63,318 bases of DNA, filler included, from Octopus bimaculoides (GCF_001194135.2; 5 parts of 5 records of this genome joined end to end with filler, not necessarily neighbours in it); one strand, 5' to 3'. Counted from the whole stretch's first letter, positions 24,421-38,486 are shown. Numbers and translations: made by a program. Notes: generated by a model not told the origin, from the sequence alone.

Positions 24421-24822
24421 ACTTTATCAATATAATATGACTGAATTTTGTATTGTTCTTTATCAATTTCGTTAAGTGTTTTCATTGAATTTCTTTAAAT
24501 ATTTCTATCAAAAAGCGATAATGACACAAAAGAATGAAGAAATTCTTGTTTTGAAATCAAGAAATTTTCTATTAATTATACTTTTTAATTTTATTTTAGA
24601 AATTTACATGATGGGGGTCAATAAGTTATCAACAATTCCGTGAAGAGGGTCAACGATATAAGAAGTTTGCAGTTTAATGTGATTGAGTTTTTATTATTTT
24701 TTATCAATTTCATTAAGTGTTTTCATTAAATTTCTTTAAATATTTCTTAATAAAAAGCAGTAATGACACAAAAGAAAGATGTAATTATTGTTTTTAAATC
24801 AATAATTTTTTTATTAATTCAT
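24421..24822. repeat. Diverged direct duplication (~150 bp, period ~240)
   Basis: tttatcaatttc.ttaagtgttttcatt...aatgacacaaaagaa occurs twice. Confidence 0.7.
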
Positions 24823-26098
24823 CATCAACATCATCAATTAATGTCCATTTTCCATCCTAGCACGAGGTTGGTAGTTTGACAAGAGATGCCAAACCAATAG
24901 AGCTGCACCAGGCTCCAATTGTCTGTTTTGACTGGATGCCTTTGTTAATGCCAACCAGTTTACAGTGTGTACTGGGTGCTTTTTATGTAGCACTAGTACA
25001 GGTGCGTTTTATGTGGCCCCAGCATGGTGGCTTTGTATGTGATACTGGCACAGGTGCGTTTAAGTGGTATCAACACCAATAGTTTGCGAGACAAAAGCCT
25101 CTCAGCTGAGAGAGGGAGTGAAATTGAGAGAAGTGACTGTGCGCCAGGCGAGAGGTCAGAGTATGATAGAGGGACAAAAATAGCTGTCTTCCTGTAGAGG
25201 AGATACTTGGCTACCTGAGTAGGACAAGGGAAGAAAGGAAGGTGGGAGACAATTAAAGAGGATGAGAAATAGTGAAAGGTAGAAGGCCTACCCACAGGGA
25301 ATAGTGGGGATAGGGGTAGATGTTCCATAAGTGTGAGGGGGTTCTGCCTTGGCATGGTTTTTATGACTGGATGCCCTTCCTAATGCAAACTGCTTTACAG
25401 TGTGGAGTGGGTGCTTTAAATGAATATATGCACACACTTGGTTGTGTGTGTCTACAAATGCATATATGTAAAAAGTAATACTGTACACATAGACACATAC
25501 ACCTAAGCACATAAGAGACATGTTCACACTGAACATAAATGTAGGCACATACACCTATATGTGTACATGCACACACCAAATCGACCACATGCAAACCCAG
25601 GGAACTCTTTTTAACTTGAAAAGTCTTGTCACTTGGTCTAGCTTTGAATTCCATTAAGAAAAGCTGAAACAAATCTCAAAGAAAAATATTCACACACACA
25701 TATAAACACAAACATCACACATACGTTACACACATCACACACACACACACACAAACATCCAGATGTAAATCATCTAACATTGATAAACCAATAATGGATG
25801 AGCCTCTCTGTATATGGTCGTTCAAAGTGCTAGAAACAACAGCCAAATCTCTTTCAAAGCAAACCTTCTATTAGGTTCTGTCAGAAGCACCCATCTCCAA
25901 TTGATCTGGACGAATCCCCAAGCGAGACTAATTGTACTCATGGATGTTATCCAACCATCTTATTTGCAGTGTACCCCTATTTCCCCATAACTTTTTTAAG
26001 AGTAACATACATTTTTTATGAATTTTTTTCAGAGATACGTTTTCGAGGACATAGATTACAATTAGGCATAACCCCATAATCCCACCCCATTTTGTTTT

Positions 26099-26613
26099 TG
26101 ATCCTTTCACCCGTACAATTTTCACTAAGGAAAAAAACCCCAAAAAACACTCGGATTTTTTGCATGGAATCAAGTACCCTGCATACGTAGTTTTTTTTTT
26201 GTTTGTTTTTTTTTCTCTCTCTCTCTTTTTTTCTTACATTTAATCCTGTATTTGTTGAAAATTTCATTAAAAAAATATCCATTTTTCTGAAAGTTATGAG
26301 AAAACAAAGCTGACTCCTGTGAATTTTCCGAAACACCACTCTGTACCCTTGGAAAAAAAATTTCATAACAAATTCTGATATAATTTAAATCTACATCATC
26401 TGAAGCATATTTGTAGAAAATTTCATCAAATAATATCCAAGCACACGATCTCAGATCAGGTCACTTGCTATGCAAGTACATCTCCGTAATAAACACCTTC
26501 AACGATGCAATTTTTTTTTAAGTTATGAGGAAACAAAAGGTAAATATTGATCCTTTCAGCCGCACGATTTTCCCTAAGAAAAAAAAGATTTTTTGCGTGG
26601 AATCAAATACCTT
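26099..26613. repeat. Diverged direct duplication within an AT-rich interspersed repeat
   Basis: gatcctttca.ccg.ac.atttt...ggaatcaa.tacc.tg at 26099 and 26550. Confidence 0.55.
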
Positions 26614-26823
26614 GACCTGTGTTTATTGGGAGAAAAATATTGAAAAACATCAATACATGTCAGAGTGGTAAAGAAATGACGAAGATATTAAGTGGTCGTG
26701 AGATGTGCTAAAAATAACAGCTAAATCGCCCTGAAATCACATACAAAATTTGTTTTGATGATCATATGAATTCCTGTTTGTAAAACACAAATTCGCAAAC
26801 ATTTTCAGAAAGCTCCAAAAAAT

Positions 26824-26923
26824 NNNNNNNNNNNNNNNNNNNNNNNNNNNNNNNNNNNNNNNNNNNNTTAATTAATTAANNNNNNNNNNNNNNNNNNNNN
26901 NNNNNNNNNNNNNNNNNNNNNNN
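26824..26923. other. Artificial scaffold join (44 N + TTAATTAATTAA + 44 N)
   Basis: Identical structure at 32704-32803, 48058-48157 and 53347-53446. Confidence 0.9.
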
Positions 26924-27459
26924 AGCATCAGCATCAGTAGCAGCAGCACTTGCAGAGGACAAAGATAACAGCTGACTGGTTGTGTAAATATAATTGCTGG
27001 ATCGGGGGTGGGGGTGAACTGGTTGTGGGTAGGTTAGGTGGTGGGTAGATGCATGACTGAAGGAGTGGGTAGATTAAGTCGTCGTCGTCGTCATCATCAT
27101 CATCATCATCACCATCATCATTTAACATCCGTTTTCCATGCTGGCATGGGTTGGACGGTTTGACAAGAGCCTGGCAAGCCAGAGGATTGTATCAAGCTCT
27201 ATTGTCTGCTTTTGCTTGGTTTCTATGGCTGGATGCCCTTCCTAACGCCAACCACTTCACAGAATGTACTGAATGCTTTTTTACATAGTACTGGAATTAG
27301 TGCCATTTTATGTGACACCAGCACTGGTGCTTTTTATGTGGCACTGGAACCAGCGCTGATGCTTTTCATGTGGCATCAATAGCCGCTGGGTCACCAAGCA
27401 ACTTGCAAGACAAGGACCTCTCAGCTTGGAGGGGAAGTACTGAATGGTTGGGTAAATTA

Positions 27460-27900
27460 GGCCGGTGCATAGACAGGCTGGGTGCATAGATTGGATGGAA
27501 AGCTGGGTAGATTAGACGGAGGGTTAGACTAGGTGGATGGGTAGATTAGGTCTGTGGGTAGACTGGGTAGTGGATTGATAGGACAGTTACCATTAGGTGG
27601 GTGAGTAGATTAACTTGTTGTGTAGATACATAGCTGGATGAGGGGGCAGGTTGGGTACTTGGACTGATTAACTGGACAGGTAGACAGGGTCGGCAGGTAA
27701 GTTGGGTTGTTATTATTATGTGCATGGGTAGATTGAATGGATGGGTAGATCGTGTGGTGCCAGTAGGTTGGGTAGTTGGACTGATTAACTGGACAGGTAG
27801 ACAGGGCCTGAGGGTAGACTGGGCAGTTATTATTATGAGTATTGGTAGATTGAATGGATGGGTAGATTGGGTGGTTAGATTGGGTGGTTAGATTGATGCG
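27460..27900 (+). repeat. G-rich degenerate repeat (GGGTAGATT-like) with an internal ~119-bp duplication
   Basis: ggttgggta.ttggactgattaactggacaggtagacaggg occurs twice. Confidence 0.7.
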
Positions 27901-28988
27901 GGTGGTGTGATTTGAAGCCGCTTCAGATTTGCCAAAATGTGAAAACTCAAGCAACGAGTTTGTGAAAGGGCCAAAGAAAAGGAGGGGACCCTAAACTTTT
28001 CTAAATACCATCGACAGTAAAAATGAACGCAAAAGTTAGTTCCCTGAGATATGGTGAGCAAGACCAAAAAAAAAAAACCTCAAAAAAACAAGAACAAATA
28101 ATAACAAAAAGTAACAGAAAGTATGACATTAAAAAAAACAACAACTAAAATCTAGCAACAAACAAAAATCAAAAACAAAATACAAGCATAACAAATAAAA
28201 GTAAAGTGATGTGAAATATCAATTAGTTTTAAAATGTAATTCGATGCAATTAACAAACAGGCACTCTAACTCCCCCCACTGCTCCTGCTCCACCTACTAC
28301 TACTAATACTACTACTACTACTGCTACTGCAGCTACTACTACTACTCTTACTGCTACTCTCAATGATTTAAATGTTCTTTACTTGTTATTATCGGTTTCT
28401 TTTCGAGACAGCTCTTAATTAAGAGTCGTTGAGGTCATGGTGGTGGTGGTGGTGGTGGTGACGGCAGCAGTGGTAGCAGCAGCAGCAGTGACAGCAGTAG
28501 AAGTGGTAGTGGTGGTGACGGTGGCAATGGTGGCGGCGGCGGTGGTGGTGGTAGTGGTGGCTGTCATCGTCATGGCCATGGTCACAACAGCTGTGCTGTT
28601 ATTGATGTTGATGTTGATGCTGATGCTGGTGGCTGGTTGTGGTAGTGGTGGGGATAATATTTATGAAGATGACGATGATGATGATGACGATGATGATCAT
28701 GATAATGATGAGAACGATGATGATGATGACGATGATGATGATGACCATCAACGAGGGTGAAAGTGCACGAAAGAATGTATTTGGTAACCTTTATCTAAGT
28801 GCACACAACTGCACTGCTGCCATAAATAATGTGTACATCAAAGTATTGCACAGGTAATTTCATTAAGTATACTTTTTTTCTTTTTTTTTTTTGGATATAA
28901 ATGTATGTATGTATGCATACATTTGTATATAAATGTGTGTGTGTGCATGTGTATATCTATATACACACAACTTTACTTTTATATATAT

Positions 28989-29356
<368 letters not shown>

Positions 29357-29629
29357 TTCAAAATTTAAACAGAAGCCAGACAAAGGCAAGAATGGAAAAT
29401 TCACACGCAGGACAAAGACATGTTCTTTTCCTCATCAGTTATTGTCCAAAAACTCATAACAATTTCATGCCTTTAACAATAATGTTGTTCAGTTTTAGTG
29501 GCATCAACAGCAAAAAGCTGTTGGGAATAACACCTGAGCAGCGAGAACAGTGACAGAAACAAAGACAACACACAAATGTGAATATTAAAACAAAATAAAG
29601 GCCATGTAGCTTGAGACTTATATAAAAGA

Positions 29630-29970
29630 TAGGTGCTGGTATGGTTTATAGTATGGTTAAGGAGTTCTTCCCAACTATCTGGTCTTAAGTTCAGTCCCCC
29701 TGTGTGGCACCTTGGGCAAGAGTATTCTGCAATAACCCTGAACAAACAAAAGCCTTGTGAGTGTATTTGGTTGACAAGTGATACGTGTGTTTGTGTGTTC
29801 CCTTGTCTTGATACTAAATGAAGGTTGTTCATTTCCATACAAGGCCATGGGGGACAGGAAATATTACCAAACAGGTGAAGGTTAGCAATAGGAAAGCATC
29901 CTTCCTGCAGAAAATCTGCCTCCAAAATGCCATCTGACCCATTTGAGTGTAGAGAAGCAGACATTAAAAT
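29630..29970 (+). mobile_element. SINE with a family C head and a family-B-like tail
   Basis: gttcagtcccc...gcaccttgggcaag...aaagccttgtgagtg, then ggttagcaataggaaagcatcc...gacattaaaatg. Confidence 0.55.
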
Positions 29971-30295
29971 GCAGCAACTAAAATTATGATAGAGGAAGAA
30001 AAAAAACATAAACAACAGAAGCCTTGACAACTTAAATGACGCCAATATATTTCCATTGTGAATAATAACAACAACAATACATTCACAGTAACGGCTGCAA
30101 AAGGAACAGAGCTATACATGATGGATATCTTGCAGAAGGTTATATGTCAGGCCAAAAAAACATAGAAAACATACCCACAACAGTCACAGACACATCTACA
30201 GCATCACCAACCCTCCAGTCATGTAATCGACTCCCCCTCCCCTCAAAACAGCTGACCCTGTGCCAAAATTTGAAACAATGATTATTATTATTATT

Positions 30296-30831
30296 GAGTG
30301 AGAGAGCAGTGTGTACCATCAAAGTGACACTGGGGTAAAATATATGAATCCCAGTATACCCATCATGACTACCCATCTGATAAGGGTACACCAAGTACAT
30401 GCATCACAACCATGTGTGTACAACATGGTGATCTCATATCAAGATAAACAGTGCATGACCTTGCAGGTGGAGCCAGTAAAGATTTTCTTTAGGTCGAGTA
30501 GCCCATCCCTTTCAAAAGGTCCCTGAATATGGGTTGTTTAAGGATGTTGAATGAAACACCCATGTTTCCAGATGTGAATTATTCAAACCCCAAAGAATTC
30601 CTCTCAACACATGGCTATGATGCTCTCCAACTACTCCTGCTCGTGATCAGAGATGCACATATCGTCAGCCACCAAGGGACATGCTCAACTGGTTAAGGTC
30701 AAACAACTGACAAGCAAATCTATAGTATTAAGCAGAATATTTGCTGTAGCCCATCTTTTATACCAAAGCAAAACAATATACATGATAGCACTTCCAATCA
30801 ATTAAGATCAGAAACCATGAGAGCCACTGCC
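30296..30831 (+). mobile_element. Non-coding interspersed repeat family E (~535 bp) embedded in (ATT)n
   Basis: Copies at 44671-44762(+), 57892-58428(-), 60192-60377(+), 61431-61598(-). Confidence 0.8.
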
Positions 30832-30859
30832 ATTATTATTATTATTATTATTATTATTT

Positions 30860-31168
30860 TACTTCTCAGAGCTCTCGGTCTTACTTGTTCTGGTTGATTC
30901 TATGAGTATGGACAGTAACTTGTTATCAGAGATCACATGGGGTCTCTTTCTGCAAAAAATAAGCTTTGGTATTTCGATGTTAACTTATCGTTGGACACAC
31001 TCAACATCCAAGCACCAATCTCAAAATCCTGACTGTCCCCAATAGAGCAGTTTTTTGGGGACCTGCTCTGCCTTCATGTCAATTCCAGTTTCTCTGGCAT
31101 ATTTTCTTGAACATGGTTATTAGTGCTCCAAGTGCCCCTACAACTACTGGGATAACAGTTACTTTCCA

Positions 31169-31170
<2 letters not shown>
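30860..31170 (-). mobile_element. R4/Dong-type LINE 3' remnant
   Basis: KVTVIPVVVGALG motif, bounded by (ATT)n. Confidence 0.6.
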
Positions 31171-31236
<66 letters not shown>

Positions 31237-31246
31237 CATTATTATT

Positions 31247-31416
31247 AAGGTGGTAAGCTGGTAGAATCATTAGCATGCCAGGCAAGATACTTAGTAGCAT
31301 TTCATCCATCTTTACAATCTGAATTCAAATTCCACTGAGGTCAACTTTACCTTTCATCCTTATCCCCTACCTCAAAATTGCTGGTCTTGTGCCAAAATTT
31401 GAAACAAAAATTATTT
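31247..31416 (+). mobile_element. SINE family A
   Basis: Family head and tail motifs present. Confidence 0.75.
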
Positions 31417-31545
31417 NNNNNNNNNNNNNNNNNNNNNNNNNNNNNNNNNNNNNNNNNNNNNNNNNNNNNNNNNNNNNNNNNNNNNNNNNNNNNNNNNNNN
31501 NNNNNNNNNNNNNNNNNNNNNNNNNNNNNNNNNNNGTTTTCAGCT

Positions 31546-31955
31546 GCTGCCACCCTCAAATTCTCTTCGCCAGTCTGCAGTTGTTTGTGAAGAGTGCCTC
31601 TCCAGCTGGTTCGGTCGGCTGCGAGATCCTCCCAGGAATTGGTGTTGATACCAAATGCCTTCATATCCCTCCTGCATACATCCCTGTACCTCAGCTTCGG
31701 ACAGCCAATGTTTCTCTGCCCTGCGACAAGCTCTCCGTAAAGGACATCCTTTGGGATCCGACAATCCTCCATACAGCGAACGTAGCCAAGCCAGCGCAGC
31801 CGATGTTGTCTTAGTAAGGTAAGCATGGTGGGGAGACCAGCATGAGACAGAACGTCAGTATTGGTTACTTTGTCTTGCCAGAGAATGCTGAGTATGCATC
31901 GGAGGCTTCTGAGGTGGAAAGTGTTGAGCCATTTCTCCTGGCGGGCATTATTGTT
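31546..31955 (-). mobile_element. RTE/BovB-like LINE C-terminal fragment
   Basis: FHLRSLRCIL.I.WQDKVTN..VL...RLRWLGYV.CMED.RIPKDVLYGEL..G.R..G.PKLRYRD. Confidence 0.88.
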
Positions 31956-31973
31956 CTTATTACTATTACTGGA

Positions 31974-32200
31974 AAGGTATCAAGCTGGTAGAATTTTTAG
32001 CACACGGGGCAAAATAGCTCGTGGCATTTCATCCATCTTTACGTTCTGAGCTCAAATACTGCCGAGGTCGACTTTGCCTTTCATCCTTTCAGGATCAATA
32101 AAATAGGCACCAGTTGTGTACTGGGGTCGATGTAACTGACGAGTCGCCTCCCTCAAAATTTCAGGCCTTGTGCCTTTACTAAAAAGGATTATTATTATTA
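31974..32200 (+). mobile_element. SINE family A, near full length
   Basis: Head, body and (ATT)n tail present. Confidence 0.8.
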
Positions 32201-32670
32201 TTGTAGTTTCATTAACTTGTTTGATATCAACATATTACCTGAGATTGCTTCTATTTCTAAAATATAAAACAACCTATTTTTAAAATGTTGATATTTGAAT
32301 TAAAAACCTTCTGTCATAATATTATATAAGAATCTTTTGTTAAGTAACGTTACAAACACCAGCTTAATTTAGCAATGAATTAAAAAATTAGAGTGTTTTC
32401 TTATTCAAACTCCTTCTAAATTCTTGATTATTTTCAAAATTAATTGAAATACATTTGGTAATGAATTTTCATCTATGAAAGCATTTATGGCTGCTGTTAA
32501 TATTGTTCTGTTGCTTTGTTCCTTCTACTTTTCTCTGTATTTTTGTGGCGTTATAAGAATTAAACTTGATTGCATTAATTAAACTGAAAATTAAGAGCGT
32601 TTGCAGCCCTCATCTTCGTATCCCTTGATCAGCAACTTAACCACATAGTCATGTATGGAGTGCTTGTGTG

Positions 32671-32703
<33 letters not shown>

Positions 32704-32803
32704 NNNNNNNNNNNNNNNNNNNNNNNNNNNNNNNNNNNNNNNNNNNNTTAATTAATTAANNNNNNNNNNNNNNNNNNNNNNNNNNNNNNNNNNNNNNNNN
32801 NNN

Positions 32804-33108
32804 CAAGTGGCTGAGCACTCCACAGACACGTGTACCCTTAACGTAGTTTTCGGGGATATTCAGAGTGACACAGTGTGACAAGGCTGACCCTTTGAATTAC
32901 AGGCACAACAGAAACAGGAAGTAAGTGTGAGAGAAAGTTGTGGCGAAAGAGTACAGCAGGGTTCGCCACCCCACCCCCCTGCCGGAGCCTCGTGGAGCTT
33001 TAGGTGTTTTCGCTCAATAAACACTCACAACGCCCGGTCTGGGAATTGAAACCGCAATCCTATGACCGCGAGTCCACTACCCTAACCACTGGGCCATTGC
33101 GGCTCCAC
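32804..33108 (-). mobile_element. tRNA-derived SINE family D
   Basis: A-box TGGCCCAGTGG and B-box-like GGTTTCAATTCC on minus; homologous diverged copy at 54228-54735(+). Confidence 0.75.
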
Positions 33109-33364
33109 ATACAAATGTATACATAGACAACTACTCACATATATATATACACAATACGTCTCCGTGCATATGTGCTAATACGTTTCTAATATACAACTTT
33201 GTTGTTGCTAGTTAGAGAAAGAGGAAAAGAAAAAAGAACAAAACAAATCAAAATAAGTAGTTGGGGAGGTGGGGGAAGAAGAGAGAAAGAGAAATGTTTG
33301 AAAATAGCGTTCCTAGTGATGAGAAAAAGAAGAAAAGGTAAGATACAGCAAGATACAGAATAGA

Positions 33365-33733
33365 AACAAGAGCACTTAGAGAGCGCAAACCTCTGCCAAG
33401 GCAACACCAACATCCTCTCAACGATTAACCAGAGATTACTTTTAAAATGAGAATATCTGAAATAAACTTCTCTGCTTTCACAACGAGAATACTACAAATG
33501 AATCCGACCGCTCTCAAAACTTAAGTTAAAAAAAAAACAGGAAAAATAATCGAGAATCCTTCTCCGGTATCGGATTGGTCCCAAAATCTAATCAGTTCGT
33601 GCCAGTCATGAGGACAAACATCCCTGAAAGTTTCATCCAAATCCATTCAGTGGTTCTTGAGATATCTTGTCCACAGACAAACAAACAAACACGACTGAAA
33701 CAATACCTCCGCTTACGCTAAGACGGAGGTAAT
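33365..33733 (-). mobile_element. Helentron-associated non-autonomous element (HINE/DINE-1-like)
   Basis: 5' ATTACCTCCG..CGGAGGTA subterminal inverted repeat, GTTT microsatellite, 3' subTIR TTGGCAGAGGT, GCGC/GTGC stem-loop. Confidence 0.7.
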
Positions 33734-34022
33734 AAATAGAAATAAAATTGTTGAAAGAAGGAACAATTTCAGGGTTGTAGATTAAATAAAATCAATTATA
33801 AAATAAAATTAAATTGCTAAAAATATTATTTGTGTAACAGAAACTTGAAAATTAGTAAAGTTTTGACCTCGGTGAAACATCGCTAAACAACTTGTCCAGC
33901 TCACTAAAATTCTGTCAGGAACGTCACCTTATTAACAATGATAATAATAATAGTAGATAAAAGCAATGAAAGTAAAATGATTAAATAATAATAATAATAA
34001 TGATAATAATAATAATAATAAT

Positions 34023-34470
34023 ATGGCTAAGAAGGAATATATTCACAGACACGACAGAGCTGGGACCTATATACACTGGAAGCTATGCCAACATTATGGA
34101 ATAGCAACAGAAAAAAGATGGTATAAACACACGCCAGAAAAGGTCACAGAAAACGAGAAAGCAACCATACTCTGGGATATGCCAATACACACAGATAGAG
34201 AAATTAAGGCAAATAGACCAGATATAGTTGTCAAAGATCATGAAGAAAAAAAAATGCTTTCTAATTGATGTATCAATACCAGCAGATGACAACGTTTCTC
34301 TAAAAGAAATNNNNNNNNNNTTGCACTACTGGGTATTGCACACATTCTACGCAAAACACTTTCAATACAGTAAACATAAGAGCACCACAGCACATACCCA
34401 AGGCGCACAGAGCTGCGCTCGGTAGTGAAGTGAAAGCACGTTATAAAAATAAAAAATAAAAATAAAACTA

Positions 34471-34480
<10 letters not shown>
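34023..34480 (+). mobile_element. R4/Dong-type LINE 3' fragment (RLE domain + 3' tail) between (TAA)n tracts
   Basis: RHD....HWKLC...ATILWD..IHTD..IKANRPDIVV; RKTLSIQ*; tail ...gaaagcacgttataaaaat. Confidence 0.88.
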
Positions 34481-34522
<42 letters not shown>

Positions 34523-34589
34523 CGTGGGTCGTAATAAAAGTAATAAAACATGGGTCATGATAATAATAAAAATAATAAAACGTGGGACG

Positions 34590-35030
34590 TTTCGCTTTCT
34601 AATATGCGAGAATTTGTCAGAAGCCCCCCGGGAAAGCGAAACAAGTCACGTTACACGACGACAACAGTGAAGTTTGGGGTAAGAGTCTGATGCTTTGGGG
34701 ATAACATAAAAAGTGATGGTTCAAGAAAGTTAGTTAAAATTCATGGTAATTTGAATAGTGCCAAATATATCCAGTTGCTAAAGAACAATTTGATACCAGG
34801 CTTGAATGATGGTGAGATATTTCAGCATGACGTGGCTCCTTTCCACAGATCGCATGCAATACAACAAAGTCTGCCTGATGAAGGTGTTACCGTATTGAAA
34901 TATTGGCCCGCTCAAAGCCCTGACTTAAATATCATCGAGCAAATGTGGACAGAACTAAAGAGAAGAGTTCGTCAGAAGAATCCACGCAATCTTGAAAAGT
35001 TGTGGGAGCTCAGCTACATTCATATTTGAA
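34590..35030 (+). mobile_element. Tc1-like transposase remnant, DD35E spacing
   Basis: FQHD-(35 aa)-E in WPAQSPDLNIIE; upstream TVKFG..LMLWG. Confidence 0.8.
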
Positions 35031-37455
35031 AGTTTTGCGTTTCAATAATTTTCCTTTGATTTTGTACATTCTCGAATTTGATGGACATAGAGCGGTGCGT
35101 AAGCCGATACAAGAAATCTCTAGTAAGACTTTTTTTATTGATGTACCCGAAGAGACTCAGAACAACGGGTTGAAACATGTGTTGTGCTTAATAAAATCTA
35201 TTACACATTCCATCTCCTATCTTATTACTATTACACCAACCGTCATACGAAGTTCGTGCAGTAGATCTACGGATAACAACAGGTAACCTAAACTGTGAAA
35301 CTGTGCGGAGACTTTACTCAGCATCTATTTATGCATTTTGTACAATTTTTCCATTATATACATTTATGTATANNNNNNNNNNNNNNNNNNNNNNNNNNNN
35401 NNNNNNNNNNNNNNNNNNNNNNNNNNNNNNNNNNNNNNNNNNNNNNNNNNNNNNNNNNNNNNNNNNNNNNNNTGCCCACTGTCATAGGTGAACGTGTATG
35501 TGGTTCTGTTAATTACAGCTTATATATATAAGTGAGATTGGCGGGATATATTATCTGGTTAGATATTGTATTAGGTCTCAGATAAGTTTCAGTTAACGGC
35601 TAACCACAACGGTCAGTATTTAACGTATGTGACTACAATTAGTTGTTGGTCACTCTCGCTCGACCGAATTAGTTTTCTATGCTAATTATGAAAATAAAAT
35701 TAATTTGAGCCGTAAATTACACATAAGAAGTTAATAGCTTTTAAAGTTTTCGTGGGTTAGTTTAGCCAATCGAAAATTGCTATTATGTACATAACTATAA
35801 ATCTCACATTGGTGTCTGTTTCCATAGTAACAAGCACAATTGTTGTCTGCCCCGTTTTCATTGTAGCAAGGACACTGCACTTGCGCGACTGAGGCACTTT
35901 CACCACCGCAACCCTCACCACAAGTTTTGATGAGTGATGTCATTTTGTACCAGTGAGTTATTTCTGTCGGTTATTTTGTCACAAACAGCTACCACGCAGA
36001 AAATGTACGGCTTCCGATTCATGTTTTCTCATTGAAATTCAGGTTATCAAACTTTGCACCTCTGTAACATTTTTGTAATTTTTTCCGGGAAAAAATGAAT
36101 CCCAAATTCGGATTCAACGTGAGAAATTACATCAATATACGCAATTTAAAAAAATTTAATTCAATTAAAACATTTCCAATCCCGTGATAGCAACCGAACA
36201 GATCCAAAGATTGTAGTTGGACGTAATCATACCAAATTTCTTATAAACTTCTGATAAGATGTTCACATTTATACGGTAGAATATTCATAGCTTTTTCCAA
36301 ACAAGTCTTAAATGATTAGCTTGCCCTCGGACAAACTGATAAGTTCTGTACTTTAGTTGCGTTACTTCAAGTACTCTTCTTCGTATAAATAAATTTACAA
36401 CAGTGTTACAAGACCTGAATTAGGATTAATTAATCCATTACTTGGATCATGTTTTAAAAACCCTTTTCTTCATTTTGTTCTGCCCTCTTAGTAGCTTTAA
36501 GAGCTCCACTCGACATTCGTCTTAATTTCCAATCATAGTGTATATACCTCACGACAAAAATAATGCGATGTAGCCTTTCTCTAGAATATATTTCGTTTGT
36601 TCGAACTCTTTGTAATGTTTAGTAATTTACCTTGTTTTTTTCTAAAAAATGCAGTTTGTTTAATGAAATTTTGCTCGATGTTAAGAAATCCAGTAAATAA
36701 TAAAAGAAGGAAAAAATAGGCGCAGGTGAGGGTTTGTAGTAAGGAGTTTGCTTCCCAATCACATAGTACCGTGTTGCAAGAAAATTTTCCTGTTTTGACC
36801 CGATTGTAATTGAGATGGCTGATAAAATATCTGGATAATTTTTTATCTTTTGGCTTTCAAGTTATTTTTTACTCAAACTAATGTCTACTTCGATAATTTT
36901 CAAGTTTCAAAAAATGATGTCTAAAATGGGGTAAAATGAGTAATGACTAATTTCAATAATTTCTTCTCTTTAACTGCATGACCCGTAAATGTATCAAGAA
37001 GAGAACCATTCCAGCGGATTATGAAGAAACTATAAAAAATATTTTTTGCTGAGATTTTAGATTTAGTCGATTTTCGATAATTTCATATCATGGGCCATTT
37101 TTCCATGATCCTCTCTCGTTTGGCCTAGATACTTTTAATTTTTGCTACATTTCTGATTTGTCTTATGTCTAAGGATGGATATTGATGCATATGAGTCTTT
37201 TTCCAAATGTAATTCTGGAGAATTGAAAACTCAAATTTACTTTATCTTGTCTAAATCATTTTGCCCCAGCTAAATTTGATTTTTATATGCACAAAGAGAA
37301 TGGAGATAATTTTCTGAATATGTACACGGTTTTTAATGCATTTAGAGAAGGTAATTTGCTGAGCTGATTTTTATTTTTATTTTCTACTAATTTGTAAGAA
37401 AGCAAACATTTGTAAAAAATATATATTTCTCGAAGTCAAAAATGCNNNNNNNNNN

Positions 37456-38177
37456 CCATCAAAGGTAATGATTATTTAAAATTATAATTTAGGGTATCTA
37501 AGAGATACCACCACACTGAAAATAGCAGTCAAAGCTTGACTCTAAAACCACAAAAAATGTTTATATAGCACCAGGAGAGAAGACGAAGAGAAAAATAAAC
37601 TAGTAAAACTTATTGGATAATTCCAGATCCCGGATTTCTGGCTTTGCATAAGAAATGCTTTGCCTCATCACTGGAATATACTCAGAAAAGCACATAAATG
37701 CAAATATATATATATATATATATATATACAACATACGATATACTCACGTATACATACATATATATGCACATATGCACACGAACAGTTTAGATTGCCCGCC
37801 TAAAAACTCCTCGAGCAATATGGTTAGAATATATCACAGCAGTGAATATAATGACGAAGTAAATATATAAATTTATATAAATGAGGATAAGATCAATATT
37901 TAAAATATCGATTTTATCAAGTGGCCAGCATGGGAATAAAAACCATCAAAGGTAATAATTATTATAATTATAATTTAGGGTATCTAAGAAACACCACCAC
38001 GCTGAAATAGCAGTCAAAGCTTGACTCTAAAACCACAATAGTTTATTTGCTAGTTTATTTTGTCTCTTCTTCTTCTCTCCTGGTGCTATATGAACATTTA
38101 TTGTGGTTTTAGAGTCAAGCTTTAACTGCTATTTTCAGCGTGGTGGTGTCTCTTAGATACCCTAAATTATAATTATA
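37456..38177. repeat. Three copies of a ~100-160 bp unit (+,+,-) forming a 78-bp-arm palindrome
   Basis: Arms 37963-38040 and 38099-38177 differ by 2 mismatches and 1 indel. Confidence 0.85.
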
Positions 38178-38381
38178 AATATATATATAAGTATATATAT
38201 ATAATTATATCTGTATGTATGTATATATGTATGTATGTGTGTATGTATGTATGTATTATGTAGGTAGGTAGGTAGGTAGGTAGGTGCCTAGGTAGATAGA
38301 TAGAAAGAGAGGGAGAGAGACGTGCATATATGATATTATATATATACCTATATGTATAGTATGCACGTGTGTGTGTGAGTG

Positions 38382-38427
<46 letters not shown>

Positions 38428-38436
38428 AATATACAT

Positions 38437-38486
<50 letters not shown>

